From positions 36,617 to 100,616 of the forward strand of contig NW_005434504.1 in assembly GCF_000315625.1 (NCBI RefSeq): a stretch of DNA of 64,000 bases, written 5' to 3'. The translations under genes were made by a program, and so were the position numbers. This DNA comes from Guillardia theta CCMP2712 (Eukaryota > Protista > Cryptophyta). Under the pieces are notes generated by a model, which did not search any database, had not been told where the DNA came from, and saw only the letters and a list, made by a program, of their open reading frames with translations. Within the stretch, counting starts at the first letter, position 1. Every line of letters starts with the position of its first letter. Below are positions 20,162 through 30,971 of this stretch, piece by piece.

Positions 20162-23100
20162 TCACTTGTACCGACAACACACGAGGGCCATGCCGACGAA
20201 GCCGACGAGGCAGGCAAACCCTGCCGCCCCAAGCCCGGCCGCCTCCCGGCTGTAGCCCACCACATGGGGACGGTAGGTGTCGTTGAAGGGGTTCTGGATC
20301 AGCACGCGGCGGGTGTTTAGCACGATGTCGAGGTAATCGGCGTAGACCATGCAGGTGAAGCGCTGCTGGATGGGGTCCTGCACCGCGATCCTTCCCGGTG
20401 TGCATATCCACGTGCAGCCGGAGGTCCAGATGGCGTACTGCGGGGGGATGGTGTTGGTGCAGGGCTCGCAGAGGAGCTGTGGGCTGAGGTACTGCCCCGG
20501 GGGGCACGAGGAGGGCGGCGTCTGGAGTGGTGCCGGGGTGGGAATGATGTCGCTGACGCGGGTAACGCAGGCCAGCCCACCCGTGGAGTTCCTCCCGAGC
20601 ACCGTCCCTACCGCGCACCTCCAGGAGCAGGAGTAGGGCTGGTAGGGTTCACCGGGGGTAAGGTATAGGACGCTATGGTTCTGCTCGAGGCCGTTGCGGC
20701 ACGGGGAGCATCCTACATATGAATTGCTGGCCTTGCAGTCATCAAAGTAGGTACCCACCCCGCACACTCTCCTTGGGTCGCAGAAGCCGCAGTAACTTGC
20801 GTTGTGCCTGACATAGTCTGGTATGCATTCCACGATGCACTCCGCCAGGAACCTGGCGTGCTGGGGGAGTGGATTCAGGCACCGGTCGCAGACGCGGTCC
20901 ACATGGTCGGAGCAAAGGGCGGCAGTGAAGTATCCAGGGTCACAGGATGGCGAGCAGGGCCTGCAAGAAGCGTCTGAGGTAGGGGTGCAGGCCTGGATGT
21001 AGTTGGAAGAGAGGTTGCATGAGAGAGAGGCTTCGGGGGTGCAGGCTGTGCAATTGCTGAGCGCTGAAGTTGACCAATACGAGGAGGAGCACTGGCTCGG
21101 GCAGGAGTTCGGGTCTTCGAATAGGCCTACCGCGGTAAACTCCCTGTGGGGGTCTGCCAGGGAGGTGCAGGGGAGGCAGGTGGCTTCCAGGTGGCATCCG
21201 GACTGGTACTCACCTGCCAGACAGGCCTCCCCAGGGCAGTAGATGCAGTTCTGTGGCTTCGAGGCAGTGGGGCTCTTGACGTAATTTACATCGCAAACGT
21301 AGGAGCAGCCCGCAGTGTAGGCACCGTTTGATAAAGTCGTTTCCATGCAGGGATTGCAGACGGTTAGGTTTAAGCGCCTCTCTGAAAATGTCCTATCGTC
21401 TGCCCTTGTCCCCGCCTCCCAGAACGGCAACGTGAAGGCCACCTCGGAAGTTGCCGGGTAGTACCCCGCGTCGCACACGGCTGGGCAATCCTCATCCATC
21501 CCGGTGGCATACCCCGTGTACCTCCCGTGCTGCAGCCCCACGCAGGCGACGGCTAGCGCGTTCTGGACTTGCGTGCACGATAGTGTACGATGTGGGGTGG
21601 AGTTGCGCAGCTCCCATCCCGCGAAGGGCAGGGTCCGGCACGGCAGGCAGTTGGGCTCCCGGCGGTAGGAGCCCTGCACGCACTGCGTGATGCAGTTATC
21701 CGAGTCGAAGGGTATACCGGGAGTGATGAACTCTTCAAACGTTTCGTAAGCTGCGATCGTAGACCTTTTGGTTGTGCACTCCTGGCAGGTGGCTCCGACG
21801 ACCGCCTGGCACTGGGCTCGGTGCTGGCCCACGGGGCAGGACGACGTGGGGCATGCCAGGCACGCGCTGGAGTTGGCCGCGTAGTACCCTTCGAAGCATT
21901 CGTACTCGCACACGTTGGGGAGCCATCTGGCAAAGCCGGGGAGGGCCTCCGCGCAGGTCACGCATATCGGGGTCCCGTCCGGGTTGCAGCCTTGGAAGGC
22001 CGAGCCGGGAAGGCAGGTGGTGTTGCAGCGCACGCAGCGGTCGTTTGTGAAGAAGTAATCACTGAAGAGGCAGCGGTAGGAGCACGCCATCGGGTGGAGA
22101 GTGAGGTGCAGGCTGCCCGTCAGCAGGCCGGGCGGGCCTTCCGTAAAGAGCGGGTACTGCGCAGCCCCCCGCCAGCTCAGGTACACCGGGAGCGTGCAGA
22201 TGTGCCGGAGCGACACGCTGCTGGAGAGGTCCTTGGTGCAGATCGGGACCTTCTCGTCATTGACCTCCATCCACACGGAGAGGCTGCCGGCTATAGCCGC
22301 ATGGGTGAAGACGAGGTGGAACTGCCGGACCCCGAAGGGAAGGGTGGCGGGGAGTGTGCCTTCGCCGTAGATTTCCTGGAGGTTGGCCTCGTTTGGGAAG
22401 TTGAGCTGTGCACCGGAGCACAGTTCGACGCCGTCTGCTGTGTTGCAGGTGGGGGCGCCGTATAGGAAGTTGGGGACCACGCTGAACTCGTCGAGGTAGA
22501 GATCCGTCCAGACGATGGGGGTGAAACCCACCGATAGCACCGCGGTGGAAGAGTAGTGACTGAAGCCGGTGAGGATGGCGATGTCCCATATTGCCTGCGA
22601 TTGAAGAGTGCTTGTCAATGTGTTTCCAAGTGTGATCTGTGCTGCTGCGTTATGTGTCGTCTTGTAGTGGAAGGACACAACCCATCCATTGATCTTTCCA
22701 TCCGCGGAGGACAAGTCTATTGGTCCTATTCTCAAAGTCTTCGTGTTTGCAAACAGCCTTAAGAAGAGGACAGTGTCGCCCAGTTGGCTGTTGTTCTGCG
22801 GTATGGCGTACGCCACCGCGTTCGTCTCCCATTGCGGGGTGCCCGGGTCAACGAAGCGATTCTCCAAGGGGAGGAGCTTGAGGTTGTCCTGCCAGGTCAA
22901 GTTGCCGTCCCAGTAGCAGCGTGTGGGAAAGAGGAACACCTGGGGATCTGCAAGCGAGTTGTAAGAGGCACTCCCAATCCCGTTGATCTGCCCCACGACC
23001 CGATTCCCTCTGACGCACAGGGTGTTTTCGTAGGCAACCGCCCGCTTGAGAATCATGAGGTTCTCGAAGCTGCCGATCCGGGAGTTGGAATCTCTATCGA

Positions 23101-25510
23101 TCCAGTTGGCCTCCATGGAGTACGCCCCCGCGCCCACGATGAGCCCATCGATGTTGGCGTGCGTGTTGATGCACTCCTCGCAGTACGCCTTCCGCGGTGG
23201 CGAGCAGGGGATGGGGAACGTCACTCCCCCGCAGGTCGGCGCCTCCCCGCAGGTCTCCGTGCAGACTTGTTCGAGAGATATGCCGGTGTAACCCTGCTGG
23301 CAGGTGACCTGGCAGGACAGCCTCTCGGTGGCTTTGTAGATGACGGCATTGGGAGAGACGACAGGGAAGCATGTCCGGCAGTGCTGCTGGGGGGTGCATG
23401 CTGCCTGGGTCCCTGCGGATGTGTCGCTACACTGGCACGATTCCACGTACTCCCCGGCAAGGCAGGTGGAGGAGAGCGAGTAGCAGTCAAAGCAGCTCCC
23501 GTACCTTGGAGGCGGGTTGATCTCCCCACGGCTGAACCCCTGGCAGTCGTACCTCCCAAAGAGGGCGTATTGCGGGTCATTGGAGAGCGCCGTGCGGAAT
23601 GCAGAGTTGCACACCTCGAAGGGGAGGGCTGCGCACGAGAGATAGCTGAAGCCCGGCACATCCGACTGGTTCACAAAGAGCAAGCCCTGACCCGCGTCCT
23701 GCTTCGTGGTGCTATCGAAGCCCAAGGCAACGCAATATTTGCACTCGTCCAAGACAGTGTGGGTGGGGCTCTGCTTCAAGACAGCGCAAACGGGTGAACC
23801 GCAGTCCACACAGGTGCTGCTAGGTTCCCGGTCCGGGCAAACCTTGTCCCCGCTGTACTTGGTAGACGGGGTGATGGAGTTCCAGTACTCGCAGAAGCCA
23901 CCGCAGGACTGCACACAGTGGACGTTGTCGATGGAGTGGTTCGTCGCTCCGTCGCAGTAGTGGCAGGAAGTCTCCCCGTAGCCGGAATACTGGTCGAAGG
24001 GGCAGGGCTTACAGTAGTCAATCTGTGGGGTACCGTCCTGGTACGTGCCTGGCTCACACGGGACACAGACGTACACAATGTTGGTGCCTTGATTCGGGAG
24101 GAGCTGAAGCTTTGTCCCGCGCGGACAGTCCTCACACGCCGTCTGCTGCTGGTTGGGCTTTTGCCCCAGAGGGCAGAACTTGCATCCGATGTCGTAATCT
24201 GTGGAGTACGTGTGAACGGGACAGCGGACGCACATGTAATATGCGGTCAATGTATCACCCTGTTCCGTCAGGCAATCCGTCTCTTCATCCGTCAATGCTG
24301 CCTTGCTCTGGTACTTCACGTGGAACCCGGCACGGCAGGCACATTGTGCAAATGCGTGCCCACCAGAGACGATCGTGGTCATCAGGATGCGGTTCACGGT
24401 GCAGTAGCGGTGGAAGGGGGACATGCAATACTCGTGCTCCACCCAGGTCATAATCGAGTCCACGCCATCTGATTGATATTGCTGTGAGAGCATTGAAGCG
24501 GTCTTGGGTGCACATACAGTATCGAAGATGTAGTATGCGGTGGAGTAGACATAACCTCCTTCATCGGCTATTCTGCAAGAACTACCTTGGACACAGTTTT
24601 GTGAAGTTCCACAATTGAGGACATACTGGTTGTAAACCCCCAAGGAGAGGCATGTCTCTGGGCATGGCATGCAGGTGCCCGGGCTGCTCGCGTAGGTGGT
24701 GATTGCCCCAATCTTGCCGCAGTTGATCCTCACCTCGTTGGGGTCGGGACACGATTCGCAGGGGAGGCAGTTGATGTCCTTCAAAGTCCTCCCGCATGTG
24801 AAGTCTGGATCGCGGTACTGCCCCTCTACGCAGTACTTGCCCGTTGCGGAGCTGCAGCCGATGCACTGCCCTGGGTCAAGACCCCCACACCCGCTGAGCC
24901 ACTCCGCAGACCCGCACCGCTGCGCCGCCGCGTCCGAGCACCACGTGCACGTGCCCGGATTGTTTGGAGCACCACAGCCGGCGGCATAATTTGATGATTG
25001 CCTCTCGATGTCGTACGAGTTACAAGTGGTGCAGGGCTGGCAGGTCCCCGCGCTAGTTCCCGAGCAGCCCGATCGGTACTGCACCGGGTACGGAAACTCT
25101 GTGGGACACGTCTCGCAATTGTTGCAAGTGCCGGGGGTGTAGCCCTGGATGTCGCGATTTGCGCCAGCCGCGACATAATACGATTGGCCGCACCCGGTTC
25201 TGTACTGGTTGTTGGTACATTGGTGAACATAATCGCCATCACTGTTACACAATCCCGCATAAGGAGCATTGTTGCAATAGTCTGGAGAGAAGTATGTGAA
25301 TGCACTGTTGCCACAACTGAAACATCCATCAAAACTCTCCGGCTGAGGGTTGAAGAACCCCGCTTTGCAAGCGCAGTAGGCCTCCGATCCTTTACTTTCT
25401 ACAAAGTCCGCATTGAAGTAGCACGAGTCGGCCACAAAGTTGAAATCAACGGCCACAGATACAACCGGTAGCAACACAAGCAGTTGTAACCCATGAAAAC
25501 CTACCCGCAT
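20162..25510 (-). CDS. Giant Cys-rich type I membrane protein (TNFR-like / GCC2-GCC3-like repeats)
   Basis: Signal peptide, many CxxCxxG(x)Y repeats, a central Cys-poor beta-rich region, C-terminal TM and a short tail. Confidence 0.9.
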   Translation of the reverse strand: MRVGFHGLQLLVLLPVVSVAVDFNFVADSCYFNADFVESKGSEAYCACKAGFFNPQPESFDGCFSCGNSAFTYFSPDYCNNAPYAGLCNSDGDYVHQCTNNQYRTGCGQSYYVAAGANRDIQGYTPGTCNNCETCPTEFPYPVQYRSGCSGTSAGTCQPCTTCNSYDIERQSSNYAAGCGAPNNPGTCTWCSDAAAQRCGSAEWLSGCGGLDPGQCIGCSSATGKYCVEGQYRDPDFTCGRTLKDINCLPCESCPDPNEVRINCGKIGAITTYASSPGTCMPCPETCLSLGVYNQYVLNCGTSQNCVQGSSCRIADEGGYVYSTAYYIFDTVCAPKTASMLSQQYQSDGVDSIMTWVEHEYCMSPFHRYCTVNRILMTTIVSGGHAFAQCACRAGFHVKYQSKAALTDEETDCLTEQGDTLTAYYMCVRCPVHTYSTDYDIGCKFCPLGQKPNQQQTACEDCPRGTKLQLLPNQGTNIVYVCVPCEPGTYQDGTPQIDYCKPCPFDQYSGYGETSCHYCDGATNHSIDNVHCVQSCGGFCEYWNSITPSTKYSGDKVCPDREPSSTCVDCGSPVCAVLKQSPTHTVLDECKYCVALGFDSTTKQDAGQGLLFVNQSDVPGFSYLSCAALPFEVCNSAFRTALSNDPQYALFGRYDCQGFSRGEINPPPRYGSCFDCYSLSSTCLAGEYVESCQCSDTSAGTQAACTPQQHCRTCFPVVSPNAVIYKATERLSCQVTCQQGYTGISLEQVCTETCGEAPTCGGVTFPIPCSPPRKAYCEECINTHANIDGLIVGAGAYSMEANWIDRDSNSRIGSFENLMILKRAVAYENTLCVRGNRVVGQINGIGSASYNSLADPQVFLFPTRCYWDGNLTWQDNLKLLPLENRFVDPGTPQWETNAVAYAIPQNNSQLGDTVLFLRLFANTKTLRIGPIDLSSADGKINGWVVSFHYKTTHNAAAQITLGNTLTSTLQSQAIWDIAILTGFSHYSSTAVLSVGFTPIVWTDLYLDEFSVVPNFLYGAPTCNTADGVELCSGAQLNFPNEANLQEIYGEGTLPATLPFGVRQFHLVFTHAAIAGSLSVWMEVNDEKVPICTKDLSSSVSLRHICTLPVYLSWRGAAQYPLFTEGPPGLLTGSLHLTLHPMACSYRCLFSDYFFTNDRCVRCNTTCLPGSAFQGCNPDGTPICVTCAEALPGFARWLPNVCEYECFEGYYAANSSACLACPTSSCPVGQHRAQCQAVVGATCQECTTKRSTIAAYETFEEFITPGIPFDSDNCITQCVQGSYRREPNCLPCRTLPFAGWELRNSTPHRTLSCTQVQNALAVACVGLQHGRYTGYATGMDEDCPAVCDAGYYPATSEVAFTLPFWEAGTRADDRTFSERRLNLTVCNPCMETTLSNGAYTAGCSYVCDVNYVKSPTASKPQNCIYCPGEACLAGEYQSGCHLEATCLPCTSLADPHREFTAVGLFEDPNSCPSQCSSSYWSTSALSNCTACTPEASLSCNLSSNYIQACTPTSDASCRPCSPSCDPGYFTAALCSDHVDRVCDRCLNPLPQHARFLAECIVECIPDYVRHNASYCGFCDPRRVCGVGTYFDDCKASNSYVGCSPCRNGLEQNHSVLYLTPGEPYQPYSCSWRCAVGTVLGRNSTGGLACVTRVSDIIPTPAPLQTPPSSCPPGQYLSPQLLCEPCTNTIPPQYAIWTSGCTWICTPGRIAVQDPIQQRFTCMVYADYLDIVLNTRRVLIQNPFNDTYRPHVVGYSREAAGLGAAGFACLVGFVGMALVCCRYK

Positions 25511-25539
25511 CCGCACCCACCCCTTTCAACCCATTAATT

Positions 25540-26739
25540 TCAATATTCTTTAATAACAAACCTAGAAATGAACCAACCGAACACACAGACCACCACGAAG
25601 CTCGAATCCCCCTCAAACGGGAAGAGGAAGGACCTCCGGAATCCGACATAGTGGGTCAGGGCCACGACGGTAGCATCAAAGAGGAGCAGCAGGGTCTCGC
25701 ACGCCAGCTCGTCGCTCCGTACCTCCTTCCCCTCCGCCCACCTCCCGACCTGCAGTTCCAGGAGTTTATAGAAGCTTCTTAGGGTGAGCATGACGAGGAG
25801 GATCCCGACATATGGGTTCGCGAGGGTCTTGTACACGCTCTGGGTGAGTAAGAGAAGTATCCCCGTGTTCAGATTGAAGGTGAGGAAGTGGGCGACGCGG
25901 TGCTTTGTGTCTGTAGTAAGGACCTTGTAGCTAAGCACAGCGAAGTGTACGGCGATGTAGACGATCATGACGACGGCATATGCAATCTCCTCGTTGAGGA
26001 TGAGCTCGCTGCCAGCGAGAGTGTACCCCACGGAGAGCCCGACGGTGGCAGCAACCCCGCCGATTTCCACGGCGCGGGCGGTCCAGCGGAGGTACGACTC
26101 CGGGTGTATGGGGATGGCTGTCTTCTGTTGGTCGTGGAATAACAGGTGGGAGAGGTTCTGAGCGGTGCAGCTGACGAGGTAGATGCTGGTGAGGCTGATA
26201 ACGACGTATAGCCAGGTCGGGGTGACCATTCTGCGATGGAAGGCGCGCTCCCCATCCCAGAGCACATCCAGCCTCTCCCCGACGGCGTCGCAGACGGACA
26301 CGTCGTAGACCCCCGCTGGGTCGACGATAATCCTTCCCGTCCCTGCTGAGCTGCATCCTACCTCCGCGATCGGGTAGATATCGGATGATACGCCGGACAC
26401 ATTCCCTGAGATGAAGGTAGAGCCGATCGGGAAGAAGCGGCTCCCCCCGTCAGTGGTGCAGAGGGATGACGGGCCCGGACGGCACGGGATTGCCTCCCAC
26501 CCATTCGTCCGGATCCCGTCGGCTCGGATGAACAGGATTCCCCTCTCGTTGATCCGGACGCCGCGGCTGGAGCGGAGGAGCTGGTGCGTGTCCCCGCCTG
26601 TCCACCGAATCAATCTCTGCCCCTCCGCCGTCACCGCCGTCGGCATGCTCTGGTCGGAGAGGCTCAGGAAGTACGCGGCTGTTACCTGGAATGTTCCCAG
26701 AAGGGAGAGCATGGGAAGCATGATGGGACGGTATCCCAT
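25540..26739 (-). CDS. Multi-pass membrane protein with N-terminal ectodomain
   Basis: Signal-like N-terminus and about 6-7 TM in the C-terminal half. Confidence 0.8.
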   Translation of the reverse strand: MGYRPIMLPMLSLLGTFQVTAAYFLSLSDQSMPTAVTAEGQRLIRWTGGDTHQLLRSSRGVRINERGILFIRADGIRTNGWEAIPCRPGPSSLCTTDGGSRFFPIGSTFISGNVSGVSSDIYPIAEVGCSSAGTGRIIVDPAGVYDVSVCDAVGERLDVLWDGERAFHRRMVTPTWLYVVISLTSIYLVSCTAQNLSHLLFHDQQKTAIPIHPESYLRWTARAVEIGGVAATVGLSVGYTLAGSELILNEEIAYAVVMIVYIAVHFAVLSYKVLTTDTKHRVAHFLTFNLNTGILLLLTQSVYKTLANPYVGILLVMLTLRSFYKLLELQVGRWAEGKEVRSDELACETLLLLFDATVVALTHYVGFRRSFLFPFEGDSSFVVVCVFGWFISRFVIKEY

Positions 26740-26908
26740 ATCCCGTCTCACCGTCCTCCGAATCAAAATAGCCAGGCTGTACCCTTGCTAAATACGTCGC
26801 GGAAAGGTACCGCAATGCGTACCTCCAGTGGACCATCCTACTTGGGTCCGGCCGGCAGCCCCGCCCGTCTTATACATCCCAAGGCTCAAAAAAAAAATAA
26901 AACCAGGC

Positions 26909-27577
26909 CTATGAAAAGATGAGACTCTGTGCCTTGGGCATCATTTGATCTTCGTGGACCATGATCTGCCACATGATGCGCTTGGTGTTGTTGAGCGTGG
27001 GGTTGATCGTCACCGTGCGGAGCTTCTCGCATATCTGCGAGATGCACTTTTGCAGGGCCATGAAGGAGGCCTGATCCTGGTTTTTCGAGTAAGCCTCGTG
27101 CGCGGCCTGGTACCTAGTCTGAACATCCTTGAAGACTTCATGCAACTTGCAGCAGGTAATGAGTAAGAGATGCACCTGGTCCAAGATCTCGTTGATCTGC
27201 GCCGGGCCGTCATCGTCCCCTACGCGCGTAAGCGACTCGAAGAAGTTCATGGCGATAGGCGCGCAGTTTTGGATGAGGTTGTCCACGCTCTCCATGCAGT
27301 TAACATTCACCTCCAGTGAGTTGTGAAAGTTACTGCTATCCACCTGCGTGTACCGCACTGGGAAGTTGGACTCTACGCGCAGTACATTGTGAAGAATCTG
27401 AAAGAACTGAAGTGTGTATTCCTCCTTGTTCTTCCTGGAAGTTACCACAGACGCCTGCATGCATTTCCTGACCGTCTGGTCGAGCTCTTCGATGGTATCT
27501 TCAAGCTGTTCCAACATTTTCAGGTCATTAGGGGGTATGCCAGTAGTGTTTGGGATCTTAAGCCACTTGCCCAGCAT
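26909..27577 (-). CDS. Hypothetical helical protein
   Basis: ORF with ATG at 27577. Confidence 0.75.
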   Translation of the reverse strand: MLGKWLKIPNTTGIPPNDLKMLEQLEDTIEELDQTVRKCMQASVVTSRKNKEEYTLQFFQILHNVLRVESNFPVRYTQVDSSNFHNSLEVNVNCMESVDNLIQNCAPIAMNFFESLTRVGDDDGPAQINEILDQVHLLLITCCKLHEVFKDVQTRYQAAHEAYSKNQDQASFMALQKCISQICEKLRTVTINPTLNNTKRIMWQIMVHEDQMMPKAQSLIFS

Positions 27578-27754
27578 TCTTGTCGTCCCCCGCAACCCTA
27601 CAGTGTTAAATACACGTAATCGCGCGATGGTGAGTGCAAGTGAGATCTGATGATTATCGGTGTTTTTTCTATTTCTTCATTATTTTCTTATCGTTTTTTT
27701 TGGGTGCAGTGGAGACGGGCGTCCCTTGGCACAGTCCAATGCAAAAAAAATCGA

Positions 27755-29089
27755 ATGACGATCAACTCGGAGTGGATCAAGCTGTGGAAGGAGGTGGCAA
27801 GGGACGCCTTCAGCAAGGGGCTGCCCTTCTCACCCACCGTGGCCTTCATCGACGGGCAGATCAAGCTGATGAAGCCATCCAGCATCAACACGTGGGAGGG
27901 CTTCCTCTCCTGCCAGTTTGTGAGCTGCGTGAGGAGGCACTTCCAGTCCGGTTGCAAGACCGTCGTCCTGGCCTTCGACAACTACGAGCACGTCCCTACC
28001 TGCAAGGGCATGACGCAGCACAAGCGCAACCGCAAGGTTTCGAGCTTCAGCTTCGCCAGCGGGGACTGCCTCCCCACCATCATCCCGCAGGACTGGGAGG
28101 GAGCGATCCGGAATCGGCTCTTTAAGTCCCGGGTCATTGACTACATCAAGACGAAGCTCCCGGGGTACTTGACCCTGCAGGCAGACCAGAGGCTCATCAT
28201 AGACCACAATGAAGCCCCTATCGAGTACTTCCCCAACGGCACCTGCCGCCCCTTCCAGCTCACCCATGCGGACCTGAAGGGAGAGAGCGATGTCAAGTTC
28301 ACCTCCTACACCCACCTTGGTGACATGGTTATCGACGCCATCGACGGCGACTACGTGCCCATGGCCCTCGTGCACATCGAGCGATTGTGCCGGGACGGGC
28401 TGTCCAACGCCTCTCGCGTGCCCCAGATCGCGGTGTACCGCATTCGGGTAAATGCGAGGGGAGACGCTCCCGAGAAGTCAGCCTCGGGTAGGATGGAGCA
28501 CGAGTACGTCCACATCAACCGGCTGGCGCAGGTGCTCTGCCGCGATGTCGGGCCGCTGACGGGGGGAAGGACGAACGCGTGCTCCGTGCTGGCGCTCTTC
28601 ACCATCCTCACCGGCTGCGACTACACGCAGGGCCTGCCCACCGTGGGACCCGTCCGGGTGTGGGCCAACCGCCGCGCCATTGTCCCGCTCCTTGCACTGA
28701 TCCAGGGCACCGAGGATAGCCACGACGACGATGTCTCCGTCATCTCCCTGGCCTCCGCCGTGCTGTACGCGCTGGTGTACGAGAAGCGCGTCAGCCTGAG
28801 GGTCAACCAGTCCGCCACCCGGGAGGGGGTGGCGAGGGAGCTGCGCCGCGAGGAGGAGGAGCGCATCATCCGCGGGGTCAGGAGCTGCGGGCAGATGAGC
28901 GCCGGGACTGTGGCGAAGCTCCCGGATGTCAACTACCTCAGGAGCCACGCGAGCAACGCCCTCTGGACACTCCACTACTGGAACGCCCAGGACCACCACC
29001 CGGACCCGTACTCCAAGACCTTTGGGTACAAGCGGATCAAATCCGGCGCGGCGGGATGGGGCGTCAACCGTCCTAGACTGGAGAGGTGA
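27755..29089 (+). CDS. FEN1/XPG-superfamily (PIN + H3TH) 5' nuclease
   Basis: FIDG, LAFD...K, GESD, DGDY and GCDYTQGLPTVGP motifs in canonical order. Confidence 0.85.
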   Translation: MTINSEWIKLWKEVARDAFSKGLPFSPTVAFIDGQIKLMKPSSINTWEGFLSCQFVSCVRRHFQSGCKTVVLAFDNYEHVPTCKGMTQHKRNRKVSSFSFASGDCLPTIIPQDWEGAIRNRLFKSRVIDYIKTKLPGYLTLQADQRLIIDHNEAPIEYFPNGTCRPFQLTHADLKGESDVKFTSYTHLGDMVIDAIDGDYVPMALVHIERLCRDGLSNASRVPQIAVYRIRVNARGDAPEKSASGRMEHEYVHINRLAQVLCRDVGPLTGGRTNACSVLALFTILTGCDYTQGLPTVGPVRVWANRRAIVPLLALIQGTEDSHDDDVSVISLASAVLYALVYEKRVSLRVNQSATREGVARELRREEEERIIRGVRSCGQMSAGTVAKLPDVNYLRSHASNALWTLHYWNAQDHHPDPYSKTFGYKRIKSGAAGWGVNRPRLER

Positions 29090-29220
29090 GGTAGGTACAT
29101 CAAGGGATGCCATGCTGCCTTGATTCTCCATTAAAGAACCCTTCCGTAACCCACTCGTCCTAGCTTCGTTGATGCGCAGTATTAAAGAGGACGTTGCGGG
29201 GCGCGAGAAACGGGGCACGC

Positions 29221-30861
29221 ATGGTGGTGGTGAAGAAGCCCACCTATCCCGGGACACCCGCTTTCGACGCACCCTACTCACCCTACAACACCACAAAGAA
29301 GGCCGATGAATATAACGAGACCGCGATCGTCCACGTGTTTGCGATAAACCACAGGTGGAAGATCGTGAACGGGGTCATCGCCACGCTCCTATTCTTTGCC
29401 ACCGGCGCCCTCGCCATCACCTCTCTTATTTTGGACTTTAAGACCCGCGAGTTCCCGACCAGCATCGTCACGCACACTCTGCGCCCCTGGAACGAGTACG
29501 GGGGGTTGGAGGATGCACTCACAGCCATCACCACTGGCTCCACCTCCTCGTCTCGAGTGCAGGCCCTGTGGCACTGGGCCAAGTGCGACCAGTATATCAC
29601 CGATAAGCACGTCCCGCACCAGCATGACCCTTACACCCTGGCGGGCGTCTCGGTCAACAACTCCGTGTGGGTCCCGGGTGGTTGCAACTGCATTGCGCAG
29701 GTGGCCCACGCCCTGGGCAACACCTGGGTGTCTACGCAGACCACATCGCCGACCCTATCTGAGGTGAAGGACATGATCCACTTCTGCGCCTACGAGGGCG
29801 ACATGCCGTACCAATACGACGTCATGAAGACGACATACCGTCCCCTCTACTATTTCTACTTCTTCATGTTTGTCACCACTACAGCCATCGTCATGGCCAA
29901 CTTCCTGCACAGCAGCAATTCCGAGACAATCAAGACGATGATCAAGGATAACGTCGACTCTAAGACAGCCCTGCGTGAATCCAAATACTTGCTCGGCAAG
30001 CTCATTGCCTACTTCGTCACCACCTTCATCGTGGTGGTCATCTTCACTATCCTCTTCATGACCATCAAGAACTCCTGCGACCAGGACATCTGCAACTTCG
30101 ATCTAGCGACCACGCTGTCCCTGATGCTGGTGTTCGTGGCCATCCTGTTTGTCATCTTCGCCCCGTACATATTCCAGAGCACCAAAACCCACATCGTCGA
30201 CTCACTGTATATGATGGTGAGCAACGAGCACGACAGCTACACCGCCGTGGCGTACAGGGATGCCAAGGACGCCACGATCTACAAGGTGTCGGACTCTCTG
30301 AACTCGCAGGCGCAGCTCGAGCACCTCTGGTTGGACGTGATGCTGGTCCCGGCGATGGTCGCGCTCTCGATCGGGACGGTGCTGACGCGCCAGTGGACCG
30401 ACAACGGCATCCTGTACTACTACGCCGTGCTCGTCGGGTTCTTCACCGTCGTGAGCTTGTCCAACGATTGGATGACATCGTTCTGGACGCGGTCCCTGAG
30501 GCTGAAGGAGGACTTGAACATCAAGGGCTCTGCTGTGTATGACCACTACCAGGGGTACAAGGACATGGTGACCTACGTGCAGCTCTTCATCCTCATCGCG
30601 CTCATCTTCACGGCGGTGCCCGCGGAGAGCATCACGGCCTACAGCTACATCCTCTTCTATAACTGGCTGTACTTTGTGTTTGGGTTGTTTGCCGTGTACA
30701 TGCTTCCGGACTTCATCAACGACAGGGCAGCGCTCAACATCCACACGGTGACGGCGATGAAGCAGACTGCCGTGCTCCTGCTCGTCTTCACTCTTGTTAT
30801 CACCCTGAGTGTGACAGAGTGGTTCAGGAAGGACATCTTTGCGTACCAGGGGTTAATGTAA
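29221..30861 (+). CDS. Multi-pass membrane protein (about 9 TM) with a Cys-containing loop
   Basis: Long GC3-biased ORF; degenerate homologue at 50017-50457. Confidence 0.85.
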   Translation: MVVVKKPTYPGTPAFDAPYSPYNTTKKADEYNETAIVHVFAINHRWKIVNGVIATLLFFATGALAITSLILDFKTREFPTSIVTHTLRPWNEYGGLEDALTAITTGSTSSSRVQALWHWAKCDQYITDKHVPHQHDPYTLAGVSVNNSVWVPGGCNCIAQVAHALGNTWVSTQTTSPTLSEVKDMIHFCAYEGDMPYQYDVMKTTYRPLYYFYFFMFVTTTAIVMANFLHSSNSETIKTMIKDNVDSKTALRESKYLLGKLIAYFVTTFIVVVIFTILFMTIKNSCDQDICNFDLATTLSLMLVFVAILFVIFAPYIFQSTKTHIVDSLYMMVSNEHDSYTAVAYRDAKDATIYKVSDSLNSQAQLEHLWLDVMLVPAMVALSIGTVLTRQWTDNGILYYYAVLVGFFTVVSLSNDWMTSFWTRSLRLKEDLNIKGSAVYDHYQGYKDMVTYVQLFILIALIFTAVPAESITAYSYILFYNWLYFVFGLFAVYMLPDFINDRAALNIHTVTAMKQTAVLLLVFTLVITLSVTEWFRKDIFAYQGLM

Positions 30862-30971
30862 GGTTCTAGGGGTTGTTGAATGAACACAAGAAAGTGATGC
30901 AATCCCGGAACTTCCGAGTGTACCATTTAAGCTCCCGTCTCTCCCTCCCGCGCAGAAGTGCCCCGACCGCC

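Noticed and set aside
29221-30861. Heliorhodopsin-like protein
   Set aside because: There is some resemblance in helix spacing, but it has about 9 TM, no RWxEY motif, and the conserved Lys lies before rather than within the last helix.
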